Of a stretch of 32,000 bases of DNA, positions 17,418-24,992 are shown one piece after another. The notes beneath the pieces are model-generated. The model did not search any database. It was not told where the DNA came from and worked only from the letters and a program-made list of their open reading frames with translations. The stretch lies in the sequence record PQ559670.1; one strand, 5' to 3'. Source of the stretch: Microbacterium phage Fulton. Position 1 is the stretch's first letter. The number at the start of each line of letters is the position of its first letter. The translations under genes and the position numbers were made by a program.

Positions 17418-19257
17418 CCCAGCACCGGGAGATTGTGACGTCTGCCTTGAGGAAGAACTTGCGTTCGAGTTGGTCATCTGCCTGCTCCATTGTCTCCTTG
17501 ACGATGCGGCCGACCTTGCGAGCTGTCTGGTAAGGGGCTGTCAGACAGGCCGAGTCATGCACCGTGGTTATTAGTTTAGCACCCAGCTCGGGCAAGCGGT
17601 AGTCCCGGGCCAACCGGCCCAAGCTGATGAGCATGAAGTCACTTCCCAGCGACTGCACAGGCGAGTTGATGGCTTGCCTGAATGCGTTCTCCTGGATCCA
17701 GAAGTCGTCCGCGTACACCTTGGGCAAATGACGGAACCGGCCGAACTCGTTATGGACACCGCCGTACTCGACGGCCTCCCGGCGTTGCTTCCGGTACCAC
17801 GCAGGCAACTCCCCGAACGTGGTGAAGTACTCCTCGCGGAACGCCACCGCTTCCTTCGGCGTAATGGTGACACCATACGACTCCCGCACGTAGTCGGCGA
17901 AATGTTTCGCCTGCATGCCGTAGATGAAGCCAAAGTTGACACCCTTGGCCAGCGACCGATGTTCCTTGGTCATCTCCTGACCGCGGATCAAGCGCTTGGC
18001 GATGTAGGTGTGGATGTCCTCATCGGCCTCGAACAGACTGATCATGGTGGGTTCGTTCGCCAGCCGCGCAGCCACCCGAAGTTCCAGCTGGCTGAAGTCG
18101 ACCTCGATCCACGCCTGCCCGCGCTCCCCGAAGAGGTTGCGTGTGGCCTTGTCCCTTGGGATCTGCTGGCTGTTCAGCCCCGGCTTCTCGTCACCGGGGC
18201 TCTGGCTGCTGAGACGTCCTGTGACGGTCCCTGTCAGCTTGAAGCTGGTGCTCACCCGACCGTCTACTGTGCGGTCCGTGAGAGGCTTGAGGAACTTGGT
18301 CAGCTGGCTGTAGAGCTCCGCCCGCCGTTGCAATGCCCGCGCGCCGGGGTGGTCGATCTTGGCCAGCTCCTTGTCAGCCAGGCTGGGCGCGCCCTCAGGG
18401 AAGTTCTTGGTGGGCTTGTTCCGCTTGGGGCACATGGCACCCTGATACTCGAACAGCCACCACTTCGTCCAGTTGGTGGCCCCCCACTTGGGCTTCGTCT
18501 TCTGCAGCCACTCAGGCCATTCTTCCTTCGGTGGGATGGTGGCATCAAGCTCCTGCTCGATGGCCGCGATGCGGGCTTCCACGATCTCCTTGGTCTTGGC
18601 GATCTTCTCGACCCGCACAGGCAGCCGGTTCGCTTCCATCTGCTGGAGCGGCTCGATTGCCGGGATCATGATGTTGCGCATCACGTTGACCGGGTCCTCC
18701 CCCGGCTTCAAGTTGCGCTTGATGTGGCGGCGCTGCCACCGCAGCAGATCCCGGGTGTAGTGGACGTCCTTGCCGTTGTAGATGCTGACGCGCTTCTTGC
18801 TGGCAGCCATCACCTTCTTGCTGATAGACTTGTCCTCTTCGAACTTGCCGAACTCCTCGCCGTAGGCTGCTACGTTGTCATCGGCCCAGTCCTCATAGCC
18901 CAACAGGCGGACGACAGTGTCCTTCAGACCGCTGGGCTTGTTCTCGTCGATGAGGTGGGCCATGAACTGAGTGTCCCACCAGATGCGCAGCTTGCAGCCG
19001 AGGGACTCCAGCCAGCGCTTCTCGAACGGCGCGTTGTGCGCCACCATGCGCGGCAGCCGCAGGCGTGCGACCTCAGCCAGATTGCGCGGCCACCACACGA
19101 GCACGTCGTCACGGTCCATGTGGCCGAACCCGATGCACAGCACCCGGCCCATACCGACGAACAGCGACGTGGTCTCGATGTCAACGATGACCGGGGCGTT
19201 GGACTGGGCGAGGAACGCCTTGACCTCTGGCCAGTCTTCCGTGATGATCAAATCCAT
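17392..19257 (-). CDS. DNA polymerase family A with 3'-5' exonuclease domain
   Basis: PVIVDIETTSL (Exo I), WIEVDFSQLELRVAARL (motif A), RSLAKGVNFGFIYGM (motif B), LITTVHDSA (motif C). Confidence 0.95.
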   Translation of the reverse strand: MDLIITEDWPEVKAFLAQSNAPVIVDIETTSLFVGMGRVLCIGFGHMDRDDVLVWWPRNLAEVARLRLPRMVAHNAPFEKRWLESLGCKLRIWWDTQFMAHLIDENKPSGLKDTVVRLLGYEDWADDNVAAYGEEFGKFEEDKSISKKVMAASKKRVSIYNGKDVHYTRDLLRWQRRHIKRNLKPGEDPVNVMRNIMIPAIEPLQQMEANRLPVRVEKIAKTKEIVEARIAAIEQELDATIPPKEEWPEWLQKTKPKWGATNWTKWWLFEYQGAMCPKRNKPTKNFPEGAPSLADKELAKIDHPGARALQRRAELYSQLTKFLKPLTDRTVDGRVSTSFKLTGTVTGRLSSQSPGDEKPGLNSQQIPRDKATRNLFGERGQAWIEVDFSQLELRVAARLANEPTMISLFEADEDIHTYIAKRLIRGQEMTKEHRSLAKGVNFGFIYGMQAKHFADYVRESYGVTITPKEAVAFREEYFTTFGELPAWYRKQRREAVEYGGVHNEFGRFRHLPKVYADDFWIQENAFRQAINSPVQSLGSDFMLISLGRLARDYRLPELGAKLITTVHDSACLTAPYQTARKVGRIVKETMEQADDQLERKFFLKADVTISRCWGGEALAEF

Positions 19258-19303
19258 GTGGGTGGACTCCTTGTGCCGTGGGGGCTTCAGTATTCAAGTG
19301 TAG

Positions 19304-19373
19304 TGGTGGACCGGGTAGGACTCGAACCTACAACTCCCGCGCAATGGTGTTCAGCCAATTGAACTACCGGCCC
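19304..19373 (-). tRNA. tRNA-Ala(UGC)-like element, atypical: anticodon stem of only 2 bp
   Basis: RNA sense GGGCCGG TA GTTCAATTGGCTGAAC A CC ATTGCGC GG GAGTT GTAGG TTCGAGT CCTAC CCGGTCC A CCA; 7-bp acceptor with G3:U70, A73, encoded CCA, perfect 5-bp T-stem, 4-bp D-stem, U33 followed by UGC. Confidence 0.55.
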
Positions 19374-19380
19374 ATGAAGC

Positions 19381-19419
19381 GGGGCCACCAGCCTTCGGGG
19401 GGAGAAGACTGATGGCCCC
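19381..19419 (-). terminator. Hairpin downstream of 19427..19822 gene, terminator or processing signal
   Basis: ggggcca-c-cag...ctg-a-tggcccc imperfect inverted repeat between the CDS stop and the tRNA-like element. Confidence 0.45.
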
Positions 19420-19426
19420 TGCTGTG

Positions 19427-19822
19427 TCAGCGAGTCGGGCGCTTGCGCGCTGCGGGCTTCGCTGCGGCCTTCGCCGGCGCGGCCTTGCGGGCGGCGGGCT
19501 TGGCCGCTGCCTTGGCCTTCTCGGGCTTCGGGGCGGCGACCGAGCGCTCGAGGCCGAAGCCTGCGGGGAGGTCACCCGCGCCGTCGACCACGTCGGCGAT
19601 GAGCTGGTCGAGCTCGCCGGCCTCGATGGCGTTCTGGATGGCGATGAAGCCGAAGGCGCGCTGCACCTTGTAGCGGTCCTTCGACTCGACACCGAGCTGC
19701 GCAGCGGCGTCGTCGATGGCGGCGTTGGCCTGCTGCTTGAAGGTGGGCTCGGCCGTGGTCTCCTCGACCTCGACCTCCTCGACCTCGGCGACGGGGGCGG
19801 TCTTGCGGGTACGAGCGGCCAT
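19427..19822 (-). CDS. Lys/Ala/Pro-tailed (histone-H1-like tail) protein, putative DNA-associated
   Basis: 131 aa; C-term AKAAAKPAARKAAPAKAAAKPAARKRPTR; AAGGAGAT RBS. Confidence 0.75.
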   Translation of the reverse strand: MAARTRKTAPVAEVEEVEVEETTAEPTFKQQANAAIDDAAAQLGVESKDRYKVQRAFGFIAIQNAIEAGELDQLIADVVDGAGDLPAGFGLERSVAAPKPEKAKAAAKPAARKAAPAKAAAKPAARKRPTR

Positions 19823-19878
19823 GATGATCTCCTTGATGTTGGGGCCGGATTGTGGAGGCGGTGTGCCTTGTGAAACTC

Positions 19879-19907
19879 AGTATTGCACGTCCTGGGCTGG
19901 TGCGCAA
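19879..19907 (-). promoter_or_regulatory. Promoter TTGCGC-N17-AATACT upstream of 19427..19822
   Basis: Spacer ends GACGTGC. Confidence 0.5.
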
Positions 19908-19910
19908 GCT

Positions 19911-21338
19911 CTAGAAGAAATTATTTTTGCGGATCCTGCTGACCACTTTTCGCAAGTGCTGATGGTCCTCCTGAAGCGTGGTCCAGACGTCCTCGTCGAC
20001 ACTGCCCCGGCCACACAAGAACCAGACGGTGGGCGACTTGGGCGACAGCTTGATGCGGTCGCTGGCCTGTTTGAACGTCACGTAGTTGAAATCGCTGGTG
20101 TACCAGATGAGGTCGTTCGCCACGCTGATGTCGACGGCCATCGCCACGGTGCGCGGCTGCACCAGCAGCACCTTGAGGTCGGGGTCACGCTGGAATGCCT
20201 CGATCACGTTGTTCTTGTCGCGCGTTGCACCCGTGATGATGGTGTGGCCGATGCCCTTGATGCGGAGGTACCTGCGCACCAGCTTGATTTCGTGGAGGTG
20301 TGTGCAGGCGATAATGACCTTTCCGTGGCAGCGGCGCAGTACCCGACCCATCGCGCTCAGCCGTGCGCGGGCAGCCACGGGCACCGAGAAGCTGTCTCCG
20401 TTGTCGTCCTTGAGCCAGCCAGCGACCATCGTGCGCATGCGCAGCAGACGCGTGAGCGGGTTCAAGCCTACGACCTCGCGGGCATCGTCGACGTACTCCT
20501 TGAAGCTGTAGAACTCACCGTTCTTGTACTTGACCACACCCTTCTTCAGCATCAGCTTACTGGCGATCGCTACGTTGGGCGGCACCCGGTAGTCGTACTT
20601 GATGATGGGGACCGGCTTGCCAGGCCCGACCATCGTCACGACATCGTCCTGAATGTAGGCGTTCAGCTCTGCCTGGTGGCGCGGGCGCACCAGCTCCGGC
20701 CAGCCCTTGACCGTAGTCCACTCCCCGAAGTACTCCCTGAAATCCTTGGCTGTAGGCCACTTGTCACGGATGGCTGGGTTCAGGAAGGCCCACTGCCCAT
20801 AGATCGCATCGATCTGGTTCGGGTTGGTGACCGGGGTGCCGGTGATCAGCAGCCGGTACCCGTTCCAGTCGTAGGCCAGCGGTCTGATGTTCCGGCCGGT
20901 GACGCTGCTGGGCGTCTTGATCTGGTGCGACTCGTCAAGGAACATCATGCCTTGCTTGTCGGCCAGCTCAGCCAGCTTCTTCAGGAATGGGCGCAGCCGC
21001 TTCCAGGGTGCCTTGCCGAACTGATCGTAGTTGACGAACAGCAGATGGGTGAACTTGAAGACGCCCCTGCCAGCCAGGTCAGGATACTCGTTGCCTGCGG
21101 TCAGCGGGTGGAACCTGTAGGGCAGGCCCAGCCACTTCGCGGCCTCACTGCGCCAGACACCCTCAGCGATCTTGGGGCCGACCACCACGACGACGCGAGG
21201 TGCCTTGGCCTCGATCAGCTTCAGGGATACAGCGGTCTTGCCGCTGCGGGGCTCGGCCCAGAGGGCGGCGTAGGTGCGACCTGGTTCGGTCAGCTTTTCC
21301 AACGCCACCCTCTGGGAATCACGCAGCTGCAGAGTCAC
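19911..21338 (-). CDS. SNF2/DEAD-like superfamily 2 helicase
   Basis: LWAEPRSGKTAVSLK (Walker A-like), MMFLDESHQIKTPSS (DESH), LLITGTPVTNPNQIDAIYGQW, C-terminal VAMAVDISVANDLIWYTSDFNYVTFKQASDRI. Confidence 0.9.
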   Translation of the reverse strand: MTLQLRDSQRVALEKLTEPGRTYAALWAEPRSGKTAVSLKLIEAKAPRVVVVVGPKIAEGVWRSEAAKWLGLPYRFHPLTAGNEYPDLAGRGVFKFTHLLFVNYDQFGKAPWKRLRPFLKKLAELADKQGMMFLDESHQIKTPSSVTGRNIRPLAYDWNGYRLLITGTPVTNPNQIDAIYGQWAFLNPAIRDKWPTAKDFREYFGEWTTVKGWPELVRPRHQAELNAYIQDDVVTMVGPGKPVPIIKYDYRVPPNVAIASKLMLKKGVVKYKNGEFYSFKEYVDDAREVVGLNPLTRLLRMRTMVAGWLKDDNGDSFSVPVAARARLSAMGRVLRRCHGKVIIACTHLHEIKLVRRYLRIKGIGHTIITGATRDKNNVIEAFQRDPDLKVLLVQPRTVAMAVDISVANDLIWYTSDFNYVTFKQASDRIKLSPKSPTVWFLCGRGSVDEDVWTTLQEDHQHLRKVVSRIRKNNFF

Positions 21339-21610
21339 CGCGCTCGCCGCACCTTCCGACGCCGCTGCACAGCCTGACAGAGCCGGTCGTGGAGGCGGCG
21401 CACTGGCATCGCGGCTGGCAGGAACCAGCGCTGCATGAAGGTGATGTGGCCATCCCAGTAGGCGTTCTCGTCATGGGCGATCTTGCGCTCCGCTGCCTCC
21501 CGGCTGTAGGCCCGTCGTGCGAACCGGCTGTGCTGACCATCGATCTCGGCCATCCAGCGGGTGCGCCCCAGCAGGTCCGGAGTGACGGTGTAGCTAGTGA
21601 TGGGGTACAT
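21335..21610 (-). CDS. Hypothetical protein
   Basis: MYPITSYTVTPDLLGRTRWMAEIDGQHSRFARRAYSREAAERKIAHDENAYWDGH...; start at 21610 overlaps the upstream stop; the long track ORF start at 21877 rejected. Confidence 0.6.
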   Translation of the reverse strand: MYPITSYTVTPDLLGRTRWMAEIDGQHSRFARRAYSREAAERKIAHDENAYWDGHITFMQRWFLPAAMPVRRLHDRLCQAVQRRRKVRRAR

Positions 21611-21834
21611 TAGACCCTCCGCCGGCGACGAAGGGCTGCCAGCCCAGCAGCGGCCAGCACCACCGCCACCAGCACCAGGCCAGCAGGGTCGGCGCCCGTG
21701 GCCGCGAGAGAGGCGCTCGGAGCCGGCTCGGCGGCACATACGGCCGTCCCGTTGCCCAGCTCCCAGCCGTGCTCGCACTGCGGCAGATCGACCGAAGTAG
21801 ATGGCGGGCAGGCGTAGCCCTTGCACTCGTCCAT
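21610..21834 (-). CDS. Small protein with C-terminal LAXTG-type sorting signal (LAATG + TM + Arg tail)
   Basis: MDECKGYACPPSTSVDLPQCEHGWELGNGTAVCAAEPAPSASLAATGADPAGLVLVAVVLAAAGLAALRRRRRV; coupled to both neighbours. Confidence 0.7.
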   Translation of the reverse strand: MDECKGYACPPSTSVDLPQCEHGWELGNGTAVCAAEPAPSASLAATGADPAGLVLVAVVLAAAGLAALRRRRRV

Positions 21835-22694
21835 CAGTGGTCCTCGAATCCGCCGAAGTCGATCTGCTCGCTGTCATCCCGCCAGCCCTGATCGATCAGC
21901 ACGCGACGGAGGTCGGGTTTGAAGTAGTTCGGACCCTTCTTGACACGGCCCTCGAAGATGCCGTCTGGGTCGTTCGGGCCGGCGATGATGGGCTTGCCGT
22001 CGAGACCGAGCTTGGACATGTTGCTCGCCTGCACCTCGTCGTATCCCGGCTCCGCCTGCATGCCTGCGCGGTTCATGCCACCGTAGACCACGTAGAGGAT
22101 GTCGATGAAAGCGTCATAGATCTCTGGCACGTTGGGCTCAGCCACACGCTCGATCGTGTCGAACTTGCCGTCGTTGGTGAAAGTCACCTTGAAGCCGAGC
22201 GCCGGGATCAGCTCGTCGATGAACTCTTCACGGATGAGCTCGATCACCACCGGCACGTCCTCAGCCGGGATGGCACGGGGCACCGGCCAGGTCTCGATGC
22301 CGAATGCCTTGTGGAAGGCCGCGTTCTGGCGCTGCGCCTTGTGGCCCGGGTTGCGGATGAGGAACTCCCGGGCAGCCATCACGATGCCCGCTGCCGCGTC
22401 GTGGTCGTTGTTCATCTGGCAGTGCTGCACCTGGGCCAGCAGATGCTGGAGGCCGTGCTCGTCGTCGTGCTCCGGGGTGTACCCCTTGTCCCACGCTTCC
22501 TTCCGGGCTGCGGTGGCCTTGTCGTGGTAGTCCATCGGGTTCTGGTAGCCCTGGGCGCGTGCGTTGCCCTCAGCGTACAGCTGGATGAGCTCCCACTGAT
22601 GCTGAGTGAAGCGCTGGTCGCCGAGCTCGACGAAGTATCCGGCGTTGTCATCCAGCGCGTTGGTGGGCAGGATGATCTTCGGTTCGATGGTCAT
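21834..22694 (-). CDS. MazG/PRA-PH-like nucleotide pyrophosphohydrolase
   Basis: VIELIREEFIDELIPAL...EIYDAFIDILYVVYGGMNRAGM...VQASNMSKLGLDGKPI...GRVKKGPNYFKPDL: helical ExxE...ExxD pattern and downstream signature of phage PRA-PH/MazG-like proteins. Confidence 0.75.
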   Translation of the reverse strand: MTIEPKIILPTNALDDNAGYFVELGDQRFTQHQWELIQLYAEGNARAQGYQNPMDYHDKATAARKEAWDKGYTPEHDDEHGLQHLLAQVQHCQMNNDHDAAAGIVMAAREFLIRNPGHKAQRQNAAFHKAFGIETWPVPRAIPAEDVPVVIELIREEFIDELIPALGFKVTFTNDGKFDTIERVAEPNVPEIYDAFIDILYVVYGGMNRAGMQAEPGYDEVQASNMSKLGLDGKPIIAGPNDPDGIFEGRVKKGPNYFKPDLRRVLIDQGWRDDSEQIDFGGFEDH

Positions 22695-23473
22695 CGGTTC
22701 TTCTTCCTGTCTGCGCGGACTGCGCGTTGTTCCTTGGCGAACAGCTCGGTGAGCCTGTCCACTTCATCCCAGCTGACCAGGGTGGCATCGCTGGGGTCTT
22801 CGACCGAGAACGGGTTCAGCACGATCTGGATGGCCTCAGCGAACCCTGCCGCTTCCGACTCCAGTGCAGCCTTGGCCGCTGCGCCGCGCTCCTTCTCGGC
22901 TGTCTCCATCAACTCATTGTAAGAGTTGAAGAGCTTGCGTACGATCTGCGCGCCCACGGTGTCCCCGGCTTTGAGCACGGAGTTGAACCTTGCCCGCTTG
23001 TCGGGAATGTGCTTGAACGCGCTGGTGGTGAGGAAGCGGGCGATGTCTTCGCTCGTCTCCTTGCCCGCGTCGAGTGCAGCCTCGATCGCATCCGCGATGA
23101 CCTCGACCGTGGTGGTCTTGCCCATGCGCATCTTCTCGCGGTCATCGACGACGGCGAACAGGATACCCCTGCCGCTGAACGCCTTGGCCTCCTTGTGACA
23201 GTCGCAGTCACAGTGCCGCCCGCTGCACATCGCGTGAGAGCCGGGGCTCTCGAATGTGCAGAAGCCGGACTTCTTCATACCTGGCATGCTGCCCTCCTTG
23301 GGCGTCTGTTGGATGATGAGGCCCTCATCGTGGTAGCGGTCTAGCTCCGCGCGGGCTTCCTTGCGTGTGGCCGGGGGGTATGGCCGCTGTGACCTGGTGA
23401 GCAGCACCCCGATCTTGAACAGGTGCTCCAGGTGCGGATGCGCCTGCGGGTTAGATCTTGCGGTCTTCTTCAC
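22691..23473 (-). CDS. Hypothetical protein with Cys/His cluster
   Basis: 260-aa ORF; CTFESPGSHAMCSGRHCDCDCH; true start may be internal (for example MPGMKKSGFC...). Confidence 0.6.
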   Translation of the reverse strand: MKKTARSNPQAHPHLEHLFKIGVLLTRSQRPYPPATRKEARAELDRYHDEGLIIQQTPKEGSMPGMKKSGFCTFESPGSHAMCSGRHCDCDCHKEAKAFSGRGILFAVVDDREKMRMGKTTTVEVIADAIEAALDAGKETSEDIARFLTTSAFKHIPDKRARFNSVLKAGDTVGAQIVRKLFNSYNELMETAEKERGAAAKAALESEAAGFAEAIQIVLNPFSVEDPSDATLVSWDEVDRLTELFAKEQRAVRADRKKNR

Positions 23474-24044
23474 GGAGGAACTCCAGCAGGCTGCGCTCGT
23501 CGTCGACCAGCCGGTGCAGCACCATGTCGCGGGTCCAGCTGTCGTATGGGCTGCTGAAGGCGACCAGCTTCTGGTGGAAGCTGCCGGTGACCGGGTCGTT
23601 CGCGACCTCGATGATCGACATCGTCTTGAACAGGCCGAAGTTCTTGTACCGGTTCAGCTGGGTCAGGAAGTCGAACTGATAGAAGTACATCTCGTTCGCG
23701 GCTGCCAGCTTGCCCGCCTCGATGCCGTCCTCGATGTCCTCGATGCGATCGACCATCAGGGGGTGGTGCATCTTGAGGACAAAGTGGGTATCCGGCATGG
23801 CGAACACGGTGCGGGGCCGGTCATCGTTCCAGTCCCGCTCGGGGTAGGCCAGCCGGTACACCATGTGAGTGAACCAGTCGATGCGGTCGAACGTCTGGAC
23901 CAGATCGTGGTCACCGCCGATGGCTTGCACAGCCAGAGCGTGATTCGTCTTCGTGGCGTTGTAGATGTGGCCGTCGAAGCTGGTCAGGGCTGCGGCGCTG
24001 TGCGACTTGCCGACGTTGTCGGGTCCTTCAAATGCGATGAGCAT
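23451..24044 (-). CDS. P-loop deoxynucleoside monophosphate kinase-like protein
   Basis: MLIAFEGPDNVGKSHSAAAL Walker A in the thymidylate-kinase style; FDRIDWFTHMVYRLAYP. Confidence 0.75.
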   Translation of the reverse strand: MLIAFEGPDNVGKSHSAAALTSFDGHIYNATKTNHALAVQAIGGDHDLVQTFDRIDWFTHMVYRLAYPERDWNDDRPRTVFAMPDTHFVLKMHHPLMVDRIEDIEDGIEAGKLAAANEMYFYQFDFLTQLNRYKNFGLFKTMSIIEVANDPVTGSFHQKLVAFSSPYDSWTRDMVLHRLVDDERSLLEFLREEDRKI

Positions 24045-24053
24045 GGTGCGTCC

Positions 24054-24992
24054 TTAGTTGATGAGGTCCTGCATCGGGATGATGTAGGGGGCGAACTTGG
24101 TGTCCTTATACCACTGGGGCCAGTGTACACCAATCTTCATGATTCCACCATTCTTGTTCCGCATGGTGGGGCGGAGGTACTGGGCGACCTTGGGGTAGAT
24201 CTCGAAGGCTGCTTCCAGGTCATCCTCGCGGCCGCGCTCATCCAGCGGGTCCAGCGGGATGGTCGACTCGATTCCGTTCTTGGTGTCGTAGGCCACACTA
24301 GGAATCACGAACGCCTGGCTGCCCTCAGACAGCGTGTGCAGGAACATGCTCAGGTCTTCGCCGTGCAGCCGGTACGGCTCCGGGCAATCGCGCCAGGTGA
24401 AGCGCTTGAGGTCGAAGAAGAGCACGCAGGCAGGGAAGCCGCCCTTGTCAGCGAAGGCACCGATGTCGGTGTCCACGTCGCCGCTGAAGAGCCCCTGCCG
24501 CCCGCTGCCGTAGGCGGCTGCTGGGGCTTGCTCGAACACGCGGTCCGCCAGGTAGCAGGCGACGGCCAGCGAGCGCGGGAGATGGGCTTCGGTGGGCTGC
24601 CCCGCCAGCTTCTCGCTCCAGCGCCTGGTGTGGCTGCGCCCATCCTCCTTGATGGTCTTCTCCATCAGGCTGAGGTGGACCACGTCGTCATCCATCATCA
24701 CGATGCGACTGTACCCGTGCAGCTCCGCGTTCCGGAGGATGGCTGCGCGTGCGTTGCCCACGCCCTCACCCATGCCCCGCTCGCTGACGATGCGTGCCCA
24801 CGGGTACGCCTCACGATAGGCAGCTTGCTCGTTCCGCCGAACCATCACGTGGACCCGGCGCTGAACGCTTTCAGGTGCCTTGGCCAGGATGTCCAGCAGA
24901 GGTGCTCCGCCGGCTCGGCTGTAGCTGGGCACGTAGATAGGATAGATCCATGACACCTTGCAGCGACGCAGCAGGGCCAGATGCTCGTTCAT
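24054..24992 (-). CDS. TET-associated-glycosyltransferase (TAGT)-like protein, copy 1
   Basis: IYPIYVPSYSRAGGAPLLDIL...HVMVRRNEQAAYREAYPWARIV...GVGNARAAIL...YSRIVMMDDDVVHLSL (DxD), LHGEDLSMFLHTL; GT-A-like layout. Confidence 0.7.
   Translation of the reverse strand: MNEHLALLRRCKVSWIYPIYVPSYSRAGGAPLLDILAKAPESVQRRVHVMVRRNEQAAYREAYPWARIVSERGMGEGVGNARAAILRNAELHGYSRIVMMDDDVVHLSLMEKTIKEDGRSHTRRWSEKLAGQPTEAHLPRSLAVACYLADRVFEQAPAAAYGSGRQGLFSGDVDTDIGAFADKGGFPACVLFFDLKRFTWRDCPEPYRLHGEDLSMFLHTLSEGSQAFVIPSVAYDTKNGIESTIPLDPLDERGREDDLEAAFEIYPKVAQYLRPTMRNKNGGIMKIGVHWPQWYKDTKFAPYIIPMQDLIN

Noticed and set aside
17674-19362. 562-aa + strand ORF opposite DNA polymerase (17674..19362)
   Set aside because: Antisense of a convincing family A polymerase; Leu/Val/Arg-rich translation typical of high-GC shadow ORFs; its end runs through the tRNA-like element (GLEPTT signature).
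19304-19373. Interpretation as an attP core with nearby integrase
   Set aside because: No integrase or excise gene seen in the window; kept only as a tRNA-like element.
19716-21377. 553-aa + strand ORF (19716..21377)
   Set aside because: Antisense to the SNF2-like helicase and Lys/Ala protein; no recognisable motifs.
23361-24953. 530-aa + strand ORF (23361..24953)
   Set aside because: Antisense to the kinase and TAGT-like genes, which carry recognisable catalytic motifs.
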